From the human T2T-CHM13v2.0 reference genome, Homo sapiens, in the NCBI RefSeq assembly GCF_009914755.1, contig NC_060931.1: DNA of 64,000 nucleotides, one strand, 5' to 3'. Shown here in pieces: positions 1 to 11,797 of the stretch. The first letter of the stretch is position 1; each line of letters opens with the position of its first letter. The notes beneath the pieces were generated by a model, which saw only the letters and a list, made by a program, of their open reading frames with translations, made no database searches and was not told the origin of the DNA. The position numbers and the translations under genes are program-made.

Positions 1-309
1 GCATTGCCACAGTATGTTTTAAAAAAACACACAAAAATAAGTTTGATCTGTTTAGACTGACAACACAGTAAAAAATCTGATGTGTTTCTTCATTTGTTAT
101 TTATTCTTCTTATTAGTTTTTTTTCCACTTATTAAAGGTTCTTTAGAGACATTTGCCTTCAATATTCTGCCTTTAAGTTATTCTTTTCAGCAAATGATTG
201 ATCATTGCTCTCATACCATAAAGAGGTGACAGTGTTTTCTGTTCTGAATGTGTGGTATAACTGAAATCAAGCATTCTCCTTTCAGTGGTCTGAATCTTTC
301 CAGAGCTTT

Positions 310-608
310 TTCTTTCTTTTTTTTTTTCTTTTTTCTTTTTTTTGAGACAGGGTCTGGCTCTTGTTGCCCAGGTTGGAGTGCAGTGGCGCAATCTGGGCTC
401 CCAGGTTCAAGCGATTCTCCTGCCTCAGCCTCCCGAGTAGCTAGGATTACAGGAACGTGCCATCATGCCCAGCTAAATTTGTATTTTTAGTGGAGACAGG
501 GTTTCACCATGTTGGCCAGGCTGGTCTCCAATTCTTGACTTCAAGTGATCCGCTCACCTTGGCCTTTCACAGTGCTGGGATTACAGGCGTGAGCCACCAC
601 GCCCAGCC
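310..608 (-). mobile_element. Alu SINE (AluS, probably Sx/Sz) with a ~20-bp internal deletion in the right arm
   Basis: Poly-T tail, then GAGACAGGGTCT...GATTCTCCTGCCTCAGCCTCCCGAGTAGCT...GTGAGCCACCACGCCCAGCC. TSD CAGAGCTTT at 301-309 and 609-617. Confidence 0.96.
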
Positions 609-856
609 CAGAGCTTTCTTATTACAGAAAGCCATAAAAAATATGAACATAAATGCTTATTTTCCTCTTTTCCAATATTAATGTTAGCATATTGTATATC
701 ACTACCAGCAATTTTTCACTTAGACATAGTTGTTTAATAAAACATGTTGAGCATCTCAATTCATTTTACTCATGCTTATAGGTGCATCATATTTTAATAC
801 TTATTGACCAAGTTTTTTTTTTTTGCTGCACTATACCATGCTTTGTTGAATAACCA

Positions 857-1012
857 TATATATATATGTGGTTTTATATATATATATACACACACATATA
901 TATGTGTATATATATATGTATATATATGTGTATATATATGTGTATATATGTGTATATATGTGTGTATATCTATGTATATATATGTGTAATATATATATGT
1001 GTATATATATAT
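857..1012. repeat. Compound (TA)n/(TATG)n/(CA)n microsatellite
   Basis: Directly visible alternating TA/TG run. It generates the spurious Y/I/C/V-rich ORFs at 804-1072. Confidence 0.95.
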
Positions 1013-1111
1013 AGCATTTATTGGCCACTGGAGGTTAAATTCCTAGATGTGACAGACGTACTACATATGTGATGTAATGTTTGAACGATATTATAAAATT
1101 AAAATCTAGGG

Positions 1112-1331
1112 CAAAGTTTCTTAACAGCAACACTATCGACTTTTTAATTATTGGCCAGATAATTTTTTATGGAAGCCATCCTATGTATTGTAGGGCATGG
1201 AGCAGTATCCTTGGCCTTTACCCACTAGATGCCAGTCGCAACCCTCTCTACAGTTATGACAATCAAAAACATGTACAGATATTGCCAAATTTTCTCTGGG
1301 AGGACAGAATCATTCTAATTCAAAACCTCTG
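1112..1331 (-). mobile_element. MER20 (hAT-Charlie non-autonomous DNA transposon)
   Basis: Diagnostic core CCTTGGCCTTTACCCACTAGATGCCAGT...GTTATGACAATCAAAAA...CAGATATTGCCAAAT, about 220 bp. Flanked by 8-bp NTCTAGRN-like sites (ATCTAGGG / TTCTAGGT). Confidence 0.88.
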
Positions 1332-1339
1332 TTCTAGGT

Positions 1340-2000
1340 TGTCTTACCAATTTATAGCACTGCTTGCTGGGTAAGATTATCTATTTTTCTTACCAACAAG
1401 GTATATAATCAAACTTAGAAGTTTTTGACAATTTTATCAGAAAGGGAATAGAATATCTGCAACATTTCCATTTTAATTTCTCTTATTATAAGAGAATGAG
1501 CATTCTGTCATTTTTTGCCCTTTCTATATCTGTTCTTTACACTGTTTATTTTATTGTTAGTCTATTTGTACTTTCAATTGAATGTATTTTTAATAAATTT
1601 TTAAGACTTTTGTATCTTAGAGTGGTAACTTCTTTGAAATATAAATTAAGAATGCTTTTTGAGTTAGGCATTTGTTTTCTGGTTTTCATTATGCTGTTAT
1701 GATTATGCATATTTTAAAAAATCTTTTATTTGGTTGCATTTCTCAATCTTTAATTTTATGACTTCTGAATTTTGAGCCATAATTGGAAAGGCTCCCTTGG
1801 TCCATGATTTTTAAGGTGTTTACACATATTTTTGTCTAGTACATTTATAGCTTTGTTTCTTATATGAATCTGCCATCAAATGTGAAATTTATCCAGTATT
1901 CAGGGTATTAATCTTCTTTCTGCAGAATTCTTTATTATAATCTTTAAAGTATAGTATTCTTTTATGCATTATTTCCTTTTAGCTAGCCAAAACACAATTA
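1340..2000 (-). mobile_element. Highly diverged L1 (L1M/L1ME) ORF2 relic
   Basis: T-rich segments resembling antisense L1 ORF2 (e.g. TTTTCTAGTACATTTATAGCTTTG-like). Boundaries are approximate. Confidence 0.4.
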
Positions 2001-3470
2001 ATCAAAAGACCATTGATTTAGAGGCTACTTGCAAGTGTAGTCTAAAATTACTTTCTAGTCTTTAATATAATTTTTAGATTCTATTTCAGACTCTGTGTAA
2101 AGGATGTGGTTAGTAGGTCTGTATTCTAATTTTAAATATAAAGTTTTGCATTTTTTAATAGTAAAATTGTATTTTTTACAGTTTTTTTGGGATAGGTCAT
2201 ATTCAAGACTCTCAAATGGAGATTTCTAAGAAAAACTTTATTACTATTATATTTGAAACTTATGAGATGATATGTGAGAACTCCCTTCTAGAGTTTATTG
2301 GATTTTAATATGAGAAGTATAATATGTATCCTGTGAAGATCTGCCTGTGCCTTTAAAAGGAATTCTTTTATAATAAGAACCACTGCATATAGAAAAAAAA
2401 ACTTCCTCCTGAGCCAGGTTTATTTTTAGGTAAAACCACAGAATCTAATCAGGCTTCCTCTTATAATGTAAAGTGGAAATATAAAGATGCCTGATTATTT
2501 TGTGTTAGGACCAACCGTTTCATTCTATCATCTGTCTTTTTCCATCACCTCCAGTGTGATATCCTGGAATGGGGCTCCTGACACATAATAGAAAGCTTCA
2601 GAGGAAACATTAATATGTTCCTTAGTTCAAGTAGTTCATGTTATCACAGAAGCAAATGAAAAGTCTCCCAACCTTTTCATTTACTTCTATGACAACATGC
2701 TCTGAGAGGAAAGATTCTTGCTAGCTGTTTTAGTTTTAAATTAAGTGCCATGAATGGTTTCATTTCTGGATCACCCATAGCAACCATTACATGCAAGTGC
2801 AAGATGAGCAATGGGTGCATGTGAAATTCTCAAGAATTTAAGTTCAAGAGCTCTGAATTATTAACTAGAACGTTTTGTTAGTTTGGATTTAGCAAGCTAG
2901 GGGAAATTTTACACCATTTATTTATTAGTTTCTACCTTCTTTTCGACTTTTAAAAATCCATGTCCTTTAAAAATATTAATTCTTTATGCATAACCCTACT
3001 AACAGTAAAAAACACATTTCAGATAGGTTTGGAGTGTGTTTCAGTGGCCTCCTGACAGAAGCAAGAAAGCTTCAAAAAGAAAGTGGAGTAAAGATCACGA
3101 TTTTACACCTGTTACCACTTTTCACTTTTTAGAACCTCATGTTAGAAGTGACGAGTTTTAATTTCTGCTGATATTGCAGTTATTCTCTGTTTAAAATTTA
3201 CTGGTCATTTGTTTACTTATTATTTTTCTCCACCTAATTTGTTCTTTCCCTGTTCTTCTCAGGAGCCTAGGAGCCCTAATGAAAACAGAGCCTTGGCTTC
3301 TGACAGCTTGACATTGCCCAGATGTGCCTGCAGATTAGAGTCCACACTGATGCTTGATAGGATCTTGGGGGAGGCACTTCACCTCAATGTGTAAATTTCT
3401 AATTTCTGAAGTCCTGTATTTTTTTCTAATTCAGCAGTTCTATAAAATACACTTTGATTATGATTTAAGC

Positions 3471-3806
3471 CAGGAGGTGGCAATTTTTGTTATGGAGTGC
3501 CAGATAAGCAAATATATAAAGTTCCATGAGCCATTTGGTATCTGTTATAACTACTCAATTCTGTCATTATAGTGTGAAGGGAGTCAGAGACAATATGTAA
3601 GCAAATGAATGTGGCTGTGTTCTGATAAAACTTTATGCACAACTGAAATTTCAATGTTATACAATTTGGAAGAGTCATAAAACATTATTCTCTTCTTGAA
3701 TTTTTTCAACCAGTAAAATCATGTAAGAACTATTTTTAGCATGAAAGCTTACAAAGAACATGAAAAGGGCCAGATTTAGTCCACAGGACATATTTTACCA
3801 ACACTA
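3471..3806 (-). mobile_element. MER58B (hAT-Charlie MITE)
   Basis: CAGGAGGTGGCAA...ACTACTCAATTCTG...GTGGCTGTGTTCTGATAAAACTTTAT followed by the MER58B-specific ACTGAAATTT...TTTTTTCAACCA block and GGGCCAGATTT near the end. Confidence 0.85.
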
Positions 3807-3814
3807 ACCCTAAG

Positions 3815-3999
3815 CAGTGATTATCAAGTTTGAGTGTGCATTGGAATCACCTAGAAGACTACTTTAAACAGATTGTTGGATTTTACCTCCAAAATTTCTG
3901 ACACAGTAATTCTGCATGGGGCACAAGAGTTTTTATTTTTAAGAAGTTCCCAGCTGATACTAATGTTGCTGGTTTGGGAACCACACTTTGAGAACCACA
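3815..3999 (-). mobile_element. MER5A (hAT-Charlie MITE)
   Basis: CAGTGATTATCAAG...GAATCACCTAGAAG...AAGTTCCCAGCTGATACTAATGTTGCTGGT...ACCACACTTTGAGAACCAC, about 185 bp with terminal inverted repeats. Confidence 0.88.
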
Positions 4000-4007
4000 A
4001 TCTAGAT

Positions 4008-4233
4008 CAGAGATTGGCAAACTTCTTCTGAAAAGAGCCAGATAATACATATTTCCAGCTTTCCGGACTCTGAGGTATCTGTTGTAACTACTAAACTCTG
4101 CCACTGTAGCACAAAAGCAGCAATACGCCATACATAAATTAGCGGATATGCTGTGTTGTAAAGTTTTGTTTACAAAAACAGGCAGCGGGCTGGATTTGGT
4201 ATATGGATGTAGTTTGTAGTTTGCTGACACATG
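4008..4233 (-). mobile_element. MER58A (hAT-Charlie MITE)
   Basis: CAGAGATTGGCAAACTT...ACTACTAAACTCTGCCACTGTAGCACAAAAGCAGC...TTTACAAAAACAGGCAGCGGGCTGGATTTGG...GTTTGCTGAC. 8-bp TSD ATCTAGAT / ATCTAGAA. Confidence 0.9.
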
Positions 4234-4252
4234 ATCTAGAAGACTGCCTCTC

Positions 4253-4564
4253 CGTTTTTGTTTGTTTGTTTGTTTGTTTGTTTTGAGATGGGGGTCTCAC
4301 CCTGTTGCCCAGGCTGGAGTGTAATGGCCTGATCTCAGCTCACTGCAACCTCCACCTCCCCGTTCAAGCGATTCTCCTGCCTCAGCCTCACGAATAGCTG
4401 GGATTAGAGGCGTGTGCCATCATGCCTGGCTAATTTTTGTATCATTAGTAGAGACAGGGTTTCACCATGTTGGCCAGGCTGGTCTCAAACTTCTAACCTC
4501 GTGATCCGCCTATCTCAGCCTCCCAAAGTACTGGGATTACAGGCGTGAGCCACCGCGCCCAGCC
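4253..4564 (-). mobile_element. Alu SINE (AluSg-like) with a (TTTG)n patterned tail
   Basis: Full dimeric Alu containing CCTCGTGATCCGCC. Exact 14-bp TSD GAAGACTGCCTCTC at 4239-4252 and 4565-4578. Confidence 0.97.
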
Positions 4565-5040
4565 GAAGACTGCCTCTCTTATTCCAGATAAGTAATTAAA
4601 GAATCTATCAACATTATGGTGAATAAAGTCTGTTTGTACATAATGTTCTGAGCATAAAATGATAAAAACAATTCCAAAAAGTGAGTTTTTAATAAATAAT
4701 TTATCACCAATAAATTAAATAGATCTATGTCAGACTTCCCTGCTAATACTGAGAAATTAACAACCATAGAAAAGATGTCTGAGCTAACTGATGAAATGTG
4801 CATACAAATAAATAAAAAAAGCAATTATTTCTCTTGTTCTTTCATTCCTGTTCTGCTAGCTGCTAAGAAATAGGTTTAATTATTTTCGTTTTAGATATTT
4901 ACCAAATAGCTTGAGATCTGGTACTACAAAAAAATTTCTATAAATTATAACTTTTCCCCAAATTTTCTGACTCTACTTTGATCATATATTCTAAAACATT
5001 TCTTTGGATATAGCTTCCAAACATTTTACTGAGTTTTACA

Positions 5041-5240
5041 TCATATATACATATATATGTGTATGTATATGTATATATATACACATATACATACACACAC
5101 ATACATATATATAAAAATTATATATATGTGGGTGTGTGCATATATATACTAATATATGTGTATTATGTACATGCATAATATATACATATGTACATAAATA
5201 TATAGTATACATATATAATAGTCATATGTAAAAATAATAT
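5041..5240. repeat. Degenerate (TA)n/(CATA)n low-complexity tract
   Basis: Directly visible. Confidence 0.85.
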
Positions 5241-8200
5241 AATGCATAATCTTATCAAATATCACAGATAATCTGAGAGGATATCCGTGTATGTTCATGT
5301 GCACACATGCATACATGCTTAAAACTCTATTAATAATTTCCCAAACCAGCTCAATTTTCTGTGGGCCTGTTTTCCTGTGTGGTAGGCTAATTTTTCTTTT
5401 CCTTTGTACATTTCTCAAGTATCTGGTGATTTGATTTTTTATTAATAGCATAAAATGAGAGGACAGGAATATTTGTAGAGCCTTGTAGATAGGTGAGTGG
5501 ATGGGTTTACATTAGGCTGAGTAGGTAGGTAGCCACCTGTTACCCTGGAATTATCTAAATACTAAATTAGAAGGCTTTACTCTGAGGTGCAGTGCTAATA
5601 CTAACTGTCCTAATTCTTCTAAATCCCTTATCATATCAAGTTTTTTTTAGGAAGATAATCTTCTGGTATTTTGCCTGGTGTAAATGCCTGGTGGCAGATA
5701 CAATTTCCTTGCCTAGAATTCCAATGAACGGCCTTGTTTAAAAACTCACTGCTGTCTCCAGTCCCCATTGTACTTTCTGTCTTTGACTACTTTCAAGCTG
5801 ATATATAACGTCATGTTATTTCCACACATGCACAACATCCTCATATTCATTTTGCAGAGAACTCAAGACTATTACAAAAATACAATCTGGAAAAAAAAAA
5901 AGGAGAAGGGTCCTAGAACTGAAAAGTATTGACGAATGTGAATGTTTGTATCAAAGAAAGAGTCCCTTAAAATTAACCAATCAATAAGCACTGCCACCTC
6001 TAGTTTATTAAATTTACAACTGAGTGATCAAGTTAACAAATTGTGTATTGCTAATGTTTTTGAGGTGAAAATTATTTGACTTTTAGAAATCAAGGCTACA
6101 TTTTCTCAATTCAGTCTCAACTATCAGGTTATACTGTTTCTGTTCTTCTCATATTCAAGCCACATTACTCCCTGAAGACTTAAGCCTGTGCTTGTTATTT
6201 TCTCATTAGGTTACAGGGAGAATGGAACAAGTTTCAGTAGAAGAAACTTCACCTAACCTCTTTAATTCCAACAGTTCTTGAATTTCCTGAAAAATCTATT
6301 GGTAAGTTTTCCATCCAAATTCCAAGTGGATTACAAGTGTTGTAAATGCCTTTGGTTTGATATGGTGTGATGGTACATGTCAAAGTCAATTGCCATCAAG
6401 TCTAATTTATTACTTTATTGAAAAGTTGGACATCTTGAGGTTCAGCTTAATTGAGATTGCTCATTATAAGCTATCATCCCAGAATGGAAATATAGAGTGA
6501 ATGCCACTTTAAGTGCAGGAGGAAAAAGTTTCAACCATAATGTAAAAATAGCATCTGATGAGCAGATAAGAATCCTGTGTACGGCACGCTATTATCAGCA
6601 ACCACAACTGCTCCTACTGTAGCAGTTCTGTAGCACAAGCTCTGCAAAGGAAGCCAAAGCAATCATAAGCATTTTTATAGCAAGGCTGTTCATGCTTTTA
6701 TAGTACTCATTGTGTCAGCACTTTAATTATAAAATCTCTTTTGTCAGAGATTATAGCAAAGCTGTAAACCCACCAAAATTAGTCTTTAAAAACTCACTTG
6801 TTTAATATACAATAATTGAATAATATTTTTAATGCTTACCAGAGTTGTCCATGTATCAAATGGAAAAGCACATTAATATGTGCAATAGTAAGGCCCTTGC
6901 AAAAGTGGATGCCCAATAAAAACAAAATTAAATAATTCAGAAATGTTTGGAAATATATAGTACTTATAGGCAATATGCAAATGGAAAATTGTTATAATAT
7001 ATACAATATTTTGTGTTAATATTTAAAAATAATAGGTTAGAGCCCACATTACCGATTACATAGCATCTCATATTTTCAGTTCATGGAATTTATATAAATT
7101 GCAATTAGGTAAATACCACTGTGTGCTTTTTGAAATGTGTTTAAAATAAGACTGCAAGTCAAGAGAGACAGTAATCACATCTTTCTCAGTTTTATTCCCA
7201 GTGATGTACATCTACTTTTGCCCATAGTATGTTTTCAAGTTGAATTAAGAATCAATAAACTTATGATGTATAGATTAACAAGTAACTTATTGGTCAACAA
7301 GGAACATACATATCATCACTTTATAATAATCGCTCATTTCATCCCATCATTTCAGTTTCTGAGAAAGCATATATAATTTGACATATGAATAAAATCACAT
7401 GCATAAGAAATTTATTTTACCTTAGTACATATGGATGTTTTCATTTCACTTACATAATTTTTCTATATTTATTCTGAGTAATTAGTTTCTTATATGTCAA
7501 CAGGAGAACAAATCTGGTTTTGAAGATGAATTATCTATTGCATCCAAATATGGGTTTGGTTGCTAAGAAAAACATTTAGCCTCATTTTTTGAAAATTCTA
7601 ACGTTATCTTCCACTTTAAAATACTATTAGAATAGGTTCTAATTGTGAAGTTTTTATACAACAACATCCGGATCTAAATCATCAGATGAAGTGTCCTAGA
7701 CTGCAGAGTCAAGAACATCATGTAGGGTTATCTTTCGTTAGTCCACAGGGGGCAGTGATGCTGGGGGCAGAGCATAAGGGGTAGTTAGGGAAGAGGACTT
7801 TTATTGTCTCCAGTGGTGCGGTTATTCAAAATTCTATTAAGATTAATATAATTTAACTTAATTATCTACTAAACTTAGTACATTTAAAAGTTAAGTATAT
7901 AAAGGTAATATTTAAAACGTTAAAAACATTTTAATCTAAACTGAGGAACAGAATTTGTAAATGTATTTGCTGTCCTTTATAGGAAATCATTATGAAATAA
8001 TGCTAATATAAATTATAAAACATTTTGAAACATTCTTTTCTGTACAGGTGACAAAAACCGATCAAACCCTCGAACCTCACATTAGATCTGACACAGCTTG
8101 TCTCACTTGTACACCTTTTTTTTAATCCCCCTCATCATATATGTCATAAATTGAGAATGGTGCTTACCTCAGATCCAGAGCCAATGGCTATTATTAGATT

Positions 8201-8404
8201 GTCACAACATTAAAACTTTTAAACTATGAAGTACTTTTTATAGAAATTTTTCTATAACATTACATACAAAGATATAACTGTAGCTTGCCTGACAGAGCAT
8301 CTTAAAGATGAATTGTTGCTTAGAGTGGTTTAAAGTGAAAGAAGTTTATGCAAAAGAGCTATTCAAAGACTGTAACACTGGTGAATTTCAAATACCACAG
8401 CCTA

Positions 8405-9270
8405 TTGCATTTGTGTGTGTGTGTGGGGGGGGGGGGGGGGCGGGGTGAGGCCACCTGAAATCTACTCTGTTAGCAAATTTCCAGTACACAATTCAGTATT
8501 ATTAATAGTCATTGAGCTGTACATTAGGTCTCTAGATTTATTCATCCTACCTAACTGTAACTTTGTATCCTTTAACTAACATCTTTGTATTTCCCTCACC
8601 TCCCTGCCCCTGGTAATCACTGTACTATTTGCTGCTTCTTTGTATTTGACTTTTTAAAATTCTGCATATAAGTGAGATTATGCAGTATTTATTTTCTGTG
8701 TCTTGCTTATTTTGTATAATGTTTTCCAGGTTAATCCATATCATTGCAAATGGTAGGCTCTCCTTTCTTAGAACTGAATAACATTTTATATTGCTTCTAT
8801 ATCTTAGCTGTTATGAATAATGCTCCAATACAGATGGGAGTGCAGATATCTCTTTGAGGTACTGATTTTATTTCCTTTAGGTGTATACTCAGAAATGGAA
8901 CTGTTGGATCACATGGTAATTTTATTTTTAATTTTTTTAGGAACCTCCAAACTGTTCTCAATCATAGCTGTATCAATTTACATTCCCAATCATGTACAGG
9001 GTTCCCTTTTCCTCAAACCCACCCCAACACTTGCTATTGCTTCTCTTTTTGGTAATAGCCATCCTAACAAGTGTGAGGTAACATTTCATTGTGGTTTTAA
9101 TTTGCATTTACCTGATGATTAATGATGTCGATCACATTCTTATATACTTTTTGGCCAATTGTATGTCTTCTTTTGATAAATATTCCCATTTTAAATTGGG
9201 TTATTTGGGTTTTTTCTTACTGAGTTGTATGTTCCTTTTACATTTTTGACATTAACTTTTTATTATATTT
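8405..9270 (-). mobile_element. L1MA-family (about L1MA8/9) 3' fragment
   Basis: Antisense L1MA 3'UTR (AAATCTACTCTGTTAGCAAATTTCCAGTACACAAT...CTGTACATTAGGTCTCTAGA) continuing into antisense ORF2 end (AATAGCCATCCTAACAAGTGTGAGG...GTGGTTTTAATTTGCATTT). Confidence 0.85.
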
Positions 9271-9944
9271 TTCAGATGGTTTCACAGCAGTTTCAATGTT
9301 TTAAACGATAGTAGTTTCACCACCTAAGAAGTTGTCTTTCAATAAGAAGACCAAAGAGGAAGATATAAAAAGACTTATTTTGGTGTATCTCTAGGGTATT
9401 CCCTAAGAACTGGTATACAATGGGTCTAGATATTTGAGGAAGTCTGAGTTGATGCATAGGCAGGTATGGTCAATATGAAATTAGGCTTATCAGCCTGATT
9501 TGATTCTTACTCAGACTGGTAAGAACTGAGGATATAAGGGCTGAGGACATAAAGGTCACCCCAGATAGCCATCTTGTGCTGAACCTGCTTTTTGGCAGGT
9601 AAGTTCTTGCCAACCCTAATTATTTCTGCTAACTCCCTTTGTATTTCCAGTACCACCGTACTCAATTAAAGATCCAGACTCATCTCTTACAATAGTAAAA
9701 CATACCTAAGATCAGGCTATAATGTTTACACAAGTTTATTATTACCTTTAGTATTTTATTCAAATAATATCACAAAGCATTAAAAATTTCAGAAATAAAC
9801 CTATAGACACACCCCTAAAACTTTATATGAATATCTCTGGGGCAATAGGCCATGGTTCTCTGCAGGTTAGTGGTGCATTGTTCACTAGCTGTTAAATTAT
9901 TCAGTGCTTACACAGTCTCCAAACCAAATGTATACTTTTCTTTT

Positions 9945-10060
9945 TTCACTCCCATTATCTAAGTAGTCACCATAAAATAGCAATATTTACCAAAAATATC
10001 TCTCATATCTGTTCCATCTTCTCCAATTCAATAGAATTGTCAGTGCTAAAAAATCTACTA
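9945..10060 (+). mobile_element. L2 fragment
   Basis: Resembles the L2 motif ...CCAAAATATCTCTCATATCTGTTCCATCTTCTCCA. Highly diverged. Confidence 0.4.
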
Positions 10061-10099
10061 TTTAGCTTAAGCCTCCTTCAATTATTTATTTTTCATAAT

Positions 10100-10370
10100 G
10101 GGAGACAGTGTAGCACAACTGTTAAATATACAAGTTCTAGACTTAGACTGTGTGTGGTTCAAATTAACGTCTGACTAGTGGTGTCATCATTGCCAAATTA
10201 CTTAATTTCTCTGACCCATTGCAGAATTAACAAAAAGTACAATAATTATGATGCCTACTCCTGCAAGCATTAAAACAAACATGCCTATATACACATATAT
10301 GTAAAATGTGTTTTATAATATCTGGAACAAAATGTCCATTCAATAAATATTAGCTACTAGTATTATTGCC
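10100..10370 (+). mobile_element. MIR SINE
   Basis: AGACTGTGTGTGGTTCAAAT...GCCAAATTACTTAATTTCTCTG core and a CAATAAATATTAGCTA 3' end. Confidence 0.7.
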
Positions 10371-11526
10371 ATTATTATCTCCAAAATTTAGCTCAAATAT
10401 TTCTTTTTCAGTTACAATTTGAATATCTCTGGGAAAAATGTCAATCATTTTACTCTGTCTTGTGATGTCGTCTTGTGAAATGTATTCTTTTTTTGGCACT
10501 GATAATATTAAATGGATGAAATTTAAAATAACAGGTATTCTCTCTGAAGAACAATTTATGCAACTTGAAGATGGTCCAAATACAAATCATATCTGATGGT
10601 TAACCAATGATACTGACATCTGCCTTCCTGAAAGATCAATAAGATTGGAGAAGATTATTATAATTGGATGAGTGATGACATCACAGGGCATTTTCTATCT
10701 GTAAATGATAGAAAATGGTGTTTACACTTACCTGGGAAGTAGATTTTTAATATGGATAGAATTTAAAAGATTTAAAACATGTACACCTCTCTAGATTTTG
10801 AAGTGTTATTATAGTCAAACTAATAATAAGGCTTAACTTTAAGTGAAAAAAAAAATGAGAAAAATGTGCAGAAAATATCTACTATATATTATATTGTGAT
10901 AAATGACAGCTACTATCAGTTGCTAATAAATTGAACTGAAATAGCAGGATATAAATAAAGAAAAGATCTATATCTAGCCTATTTAAATCTTGCTTCTTAA
11001 TGGAATTTTATCATTACTTTACTTCTCTATTTTATAGTACATTCTATAAGTTATTTTTTAAATTTACCACATAAAGGAGGCTTTCTATTAAGAGCTTGCT
11101 AATGAAATTACAAACTGAAACATGAGTCATAACTGACATGAACATTTGAAATAATACATTAATTCACTAATCTAGCTGATGATCAAGAAAGGGATGCAGG
11201 AAAGAACTGACAATCTGTGCGTATATAGAGTGTCAGATATCCCATGTTGAACATTTATACAGTAGAATAAAATAAAAATAGTGGTATTGCTAGAGCAGCC
11301 ATGGCTTAATAATCCTGGACCACAGACTGGTTGGTTCTTTAAGATAAAATCAAAGTATGAAGACTTTGAGAAAATACATTATTTCTTTTTATATAAATAT
11401 TTCTTTTTAAATTAGTAATCGACAAATATATGTGCCTTCAACAATTGCAGATTACAAAATTTCAGTACACTCCTTCTGAACAAAATTAGAAAACTGTAGG
11501 AAAAAATTCTTCTTGAAGGCAAAAGA

Positions 11527-11797
11527 CAGCTTGGTGCTGTTATCCCAGTAGTTAGTGAGTTCTTTCTCTCCAGGACTGAAGTAGTTCTGGCAGAAATGGA
11601 TTAATTCCCATGAGAGTGGATTGTTATAAAGCTAGGACGGTCCCTCAGGTTTTCCCCTCTTTGCACATGTCCACTCTCTTTTGACTTTTTGCACCATGTT
11701 GTGATGCAACAGGAAAGCCCTCACCAGAAGCCAGGGCCATGCTCTTGAACTTCTCAACCTGCAGAAATGTGAACTAAATAAACCTCTTTTCTTTATT
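11527..11797 (+). mobile_element. MST-family MaLR LTR fragment (MSTB2/MSTC-like), U3-R portion only
   Basis: GTGAGTTCT...TGTTATAAAGCTAGGA...AAGCCCTCACCAGAAGCCAGGGCCATGCTCTTGAACTTC...AAATAAACCTCTTTTCTTTAT. Lacks both the LTR 5' end and U5. Confidence 0.85.

Noticed and set aside
173-681. ORFs of 72-80 aa, and similar ones at 28442, 29038, 29165, 32990, 42253, 53551 and 53576
   Set aside because: These are standard Alu translations (e.g. [22 protein letters not shown]), not genes.
804-1072. Y/I/C/H-rich ORFs, also 5149-5451
   Set aside because: Translation of TA/TG microsatellites.
9591-9655. CAG|GTAAGT donor followed by CTAAC...TTTCCAG acceptor
   Set aside because: The implied intron is only about 52 nt, below the usual human minimum, and nothing else supports it.
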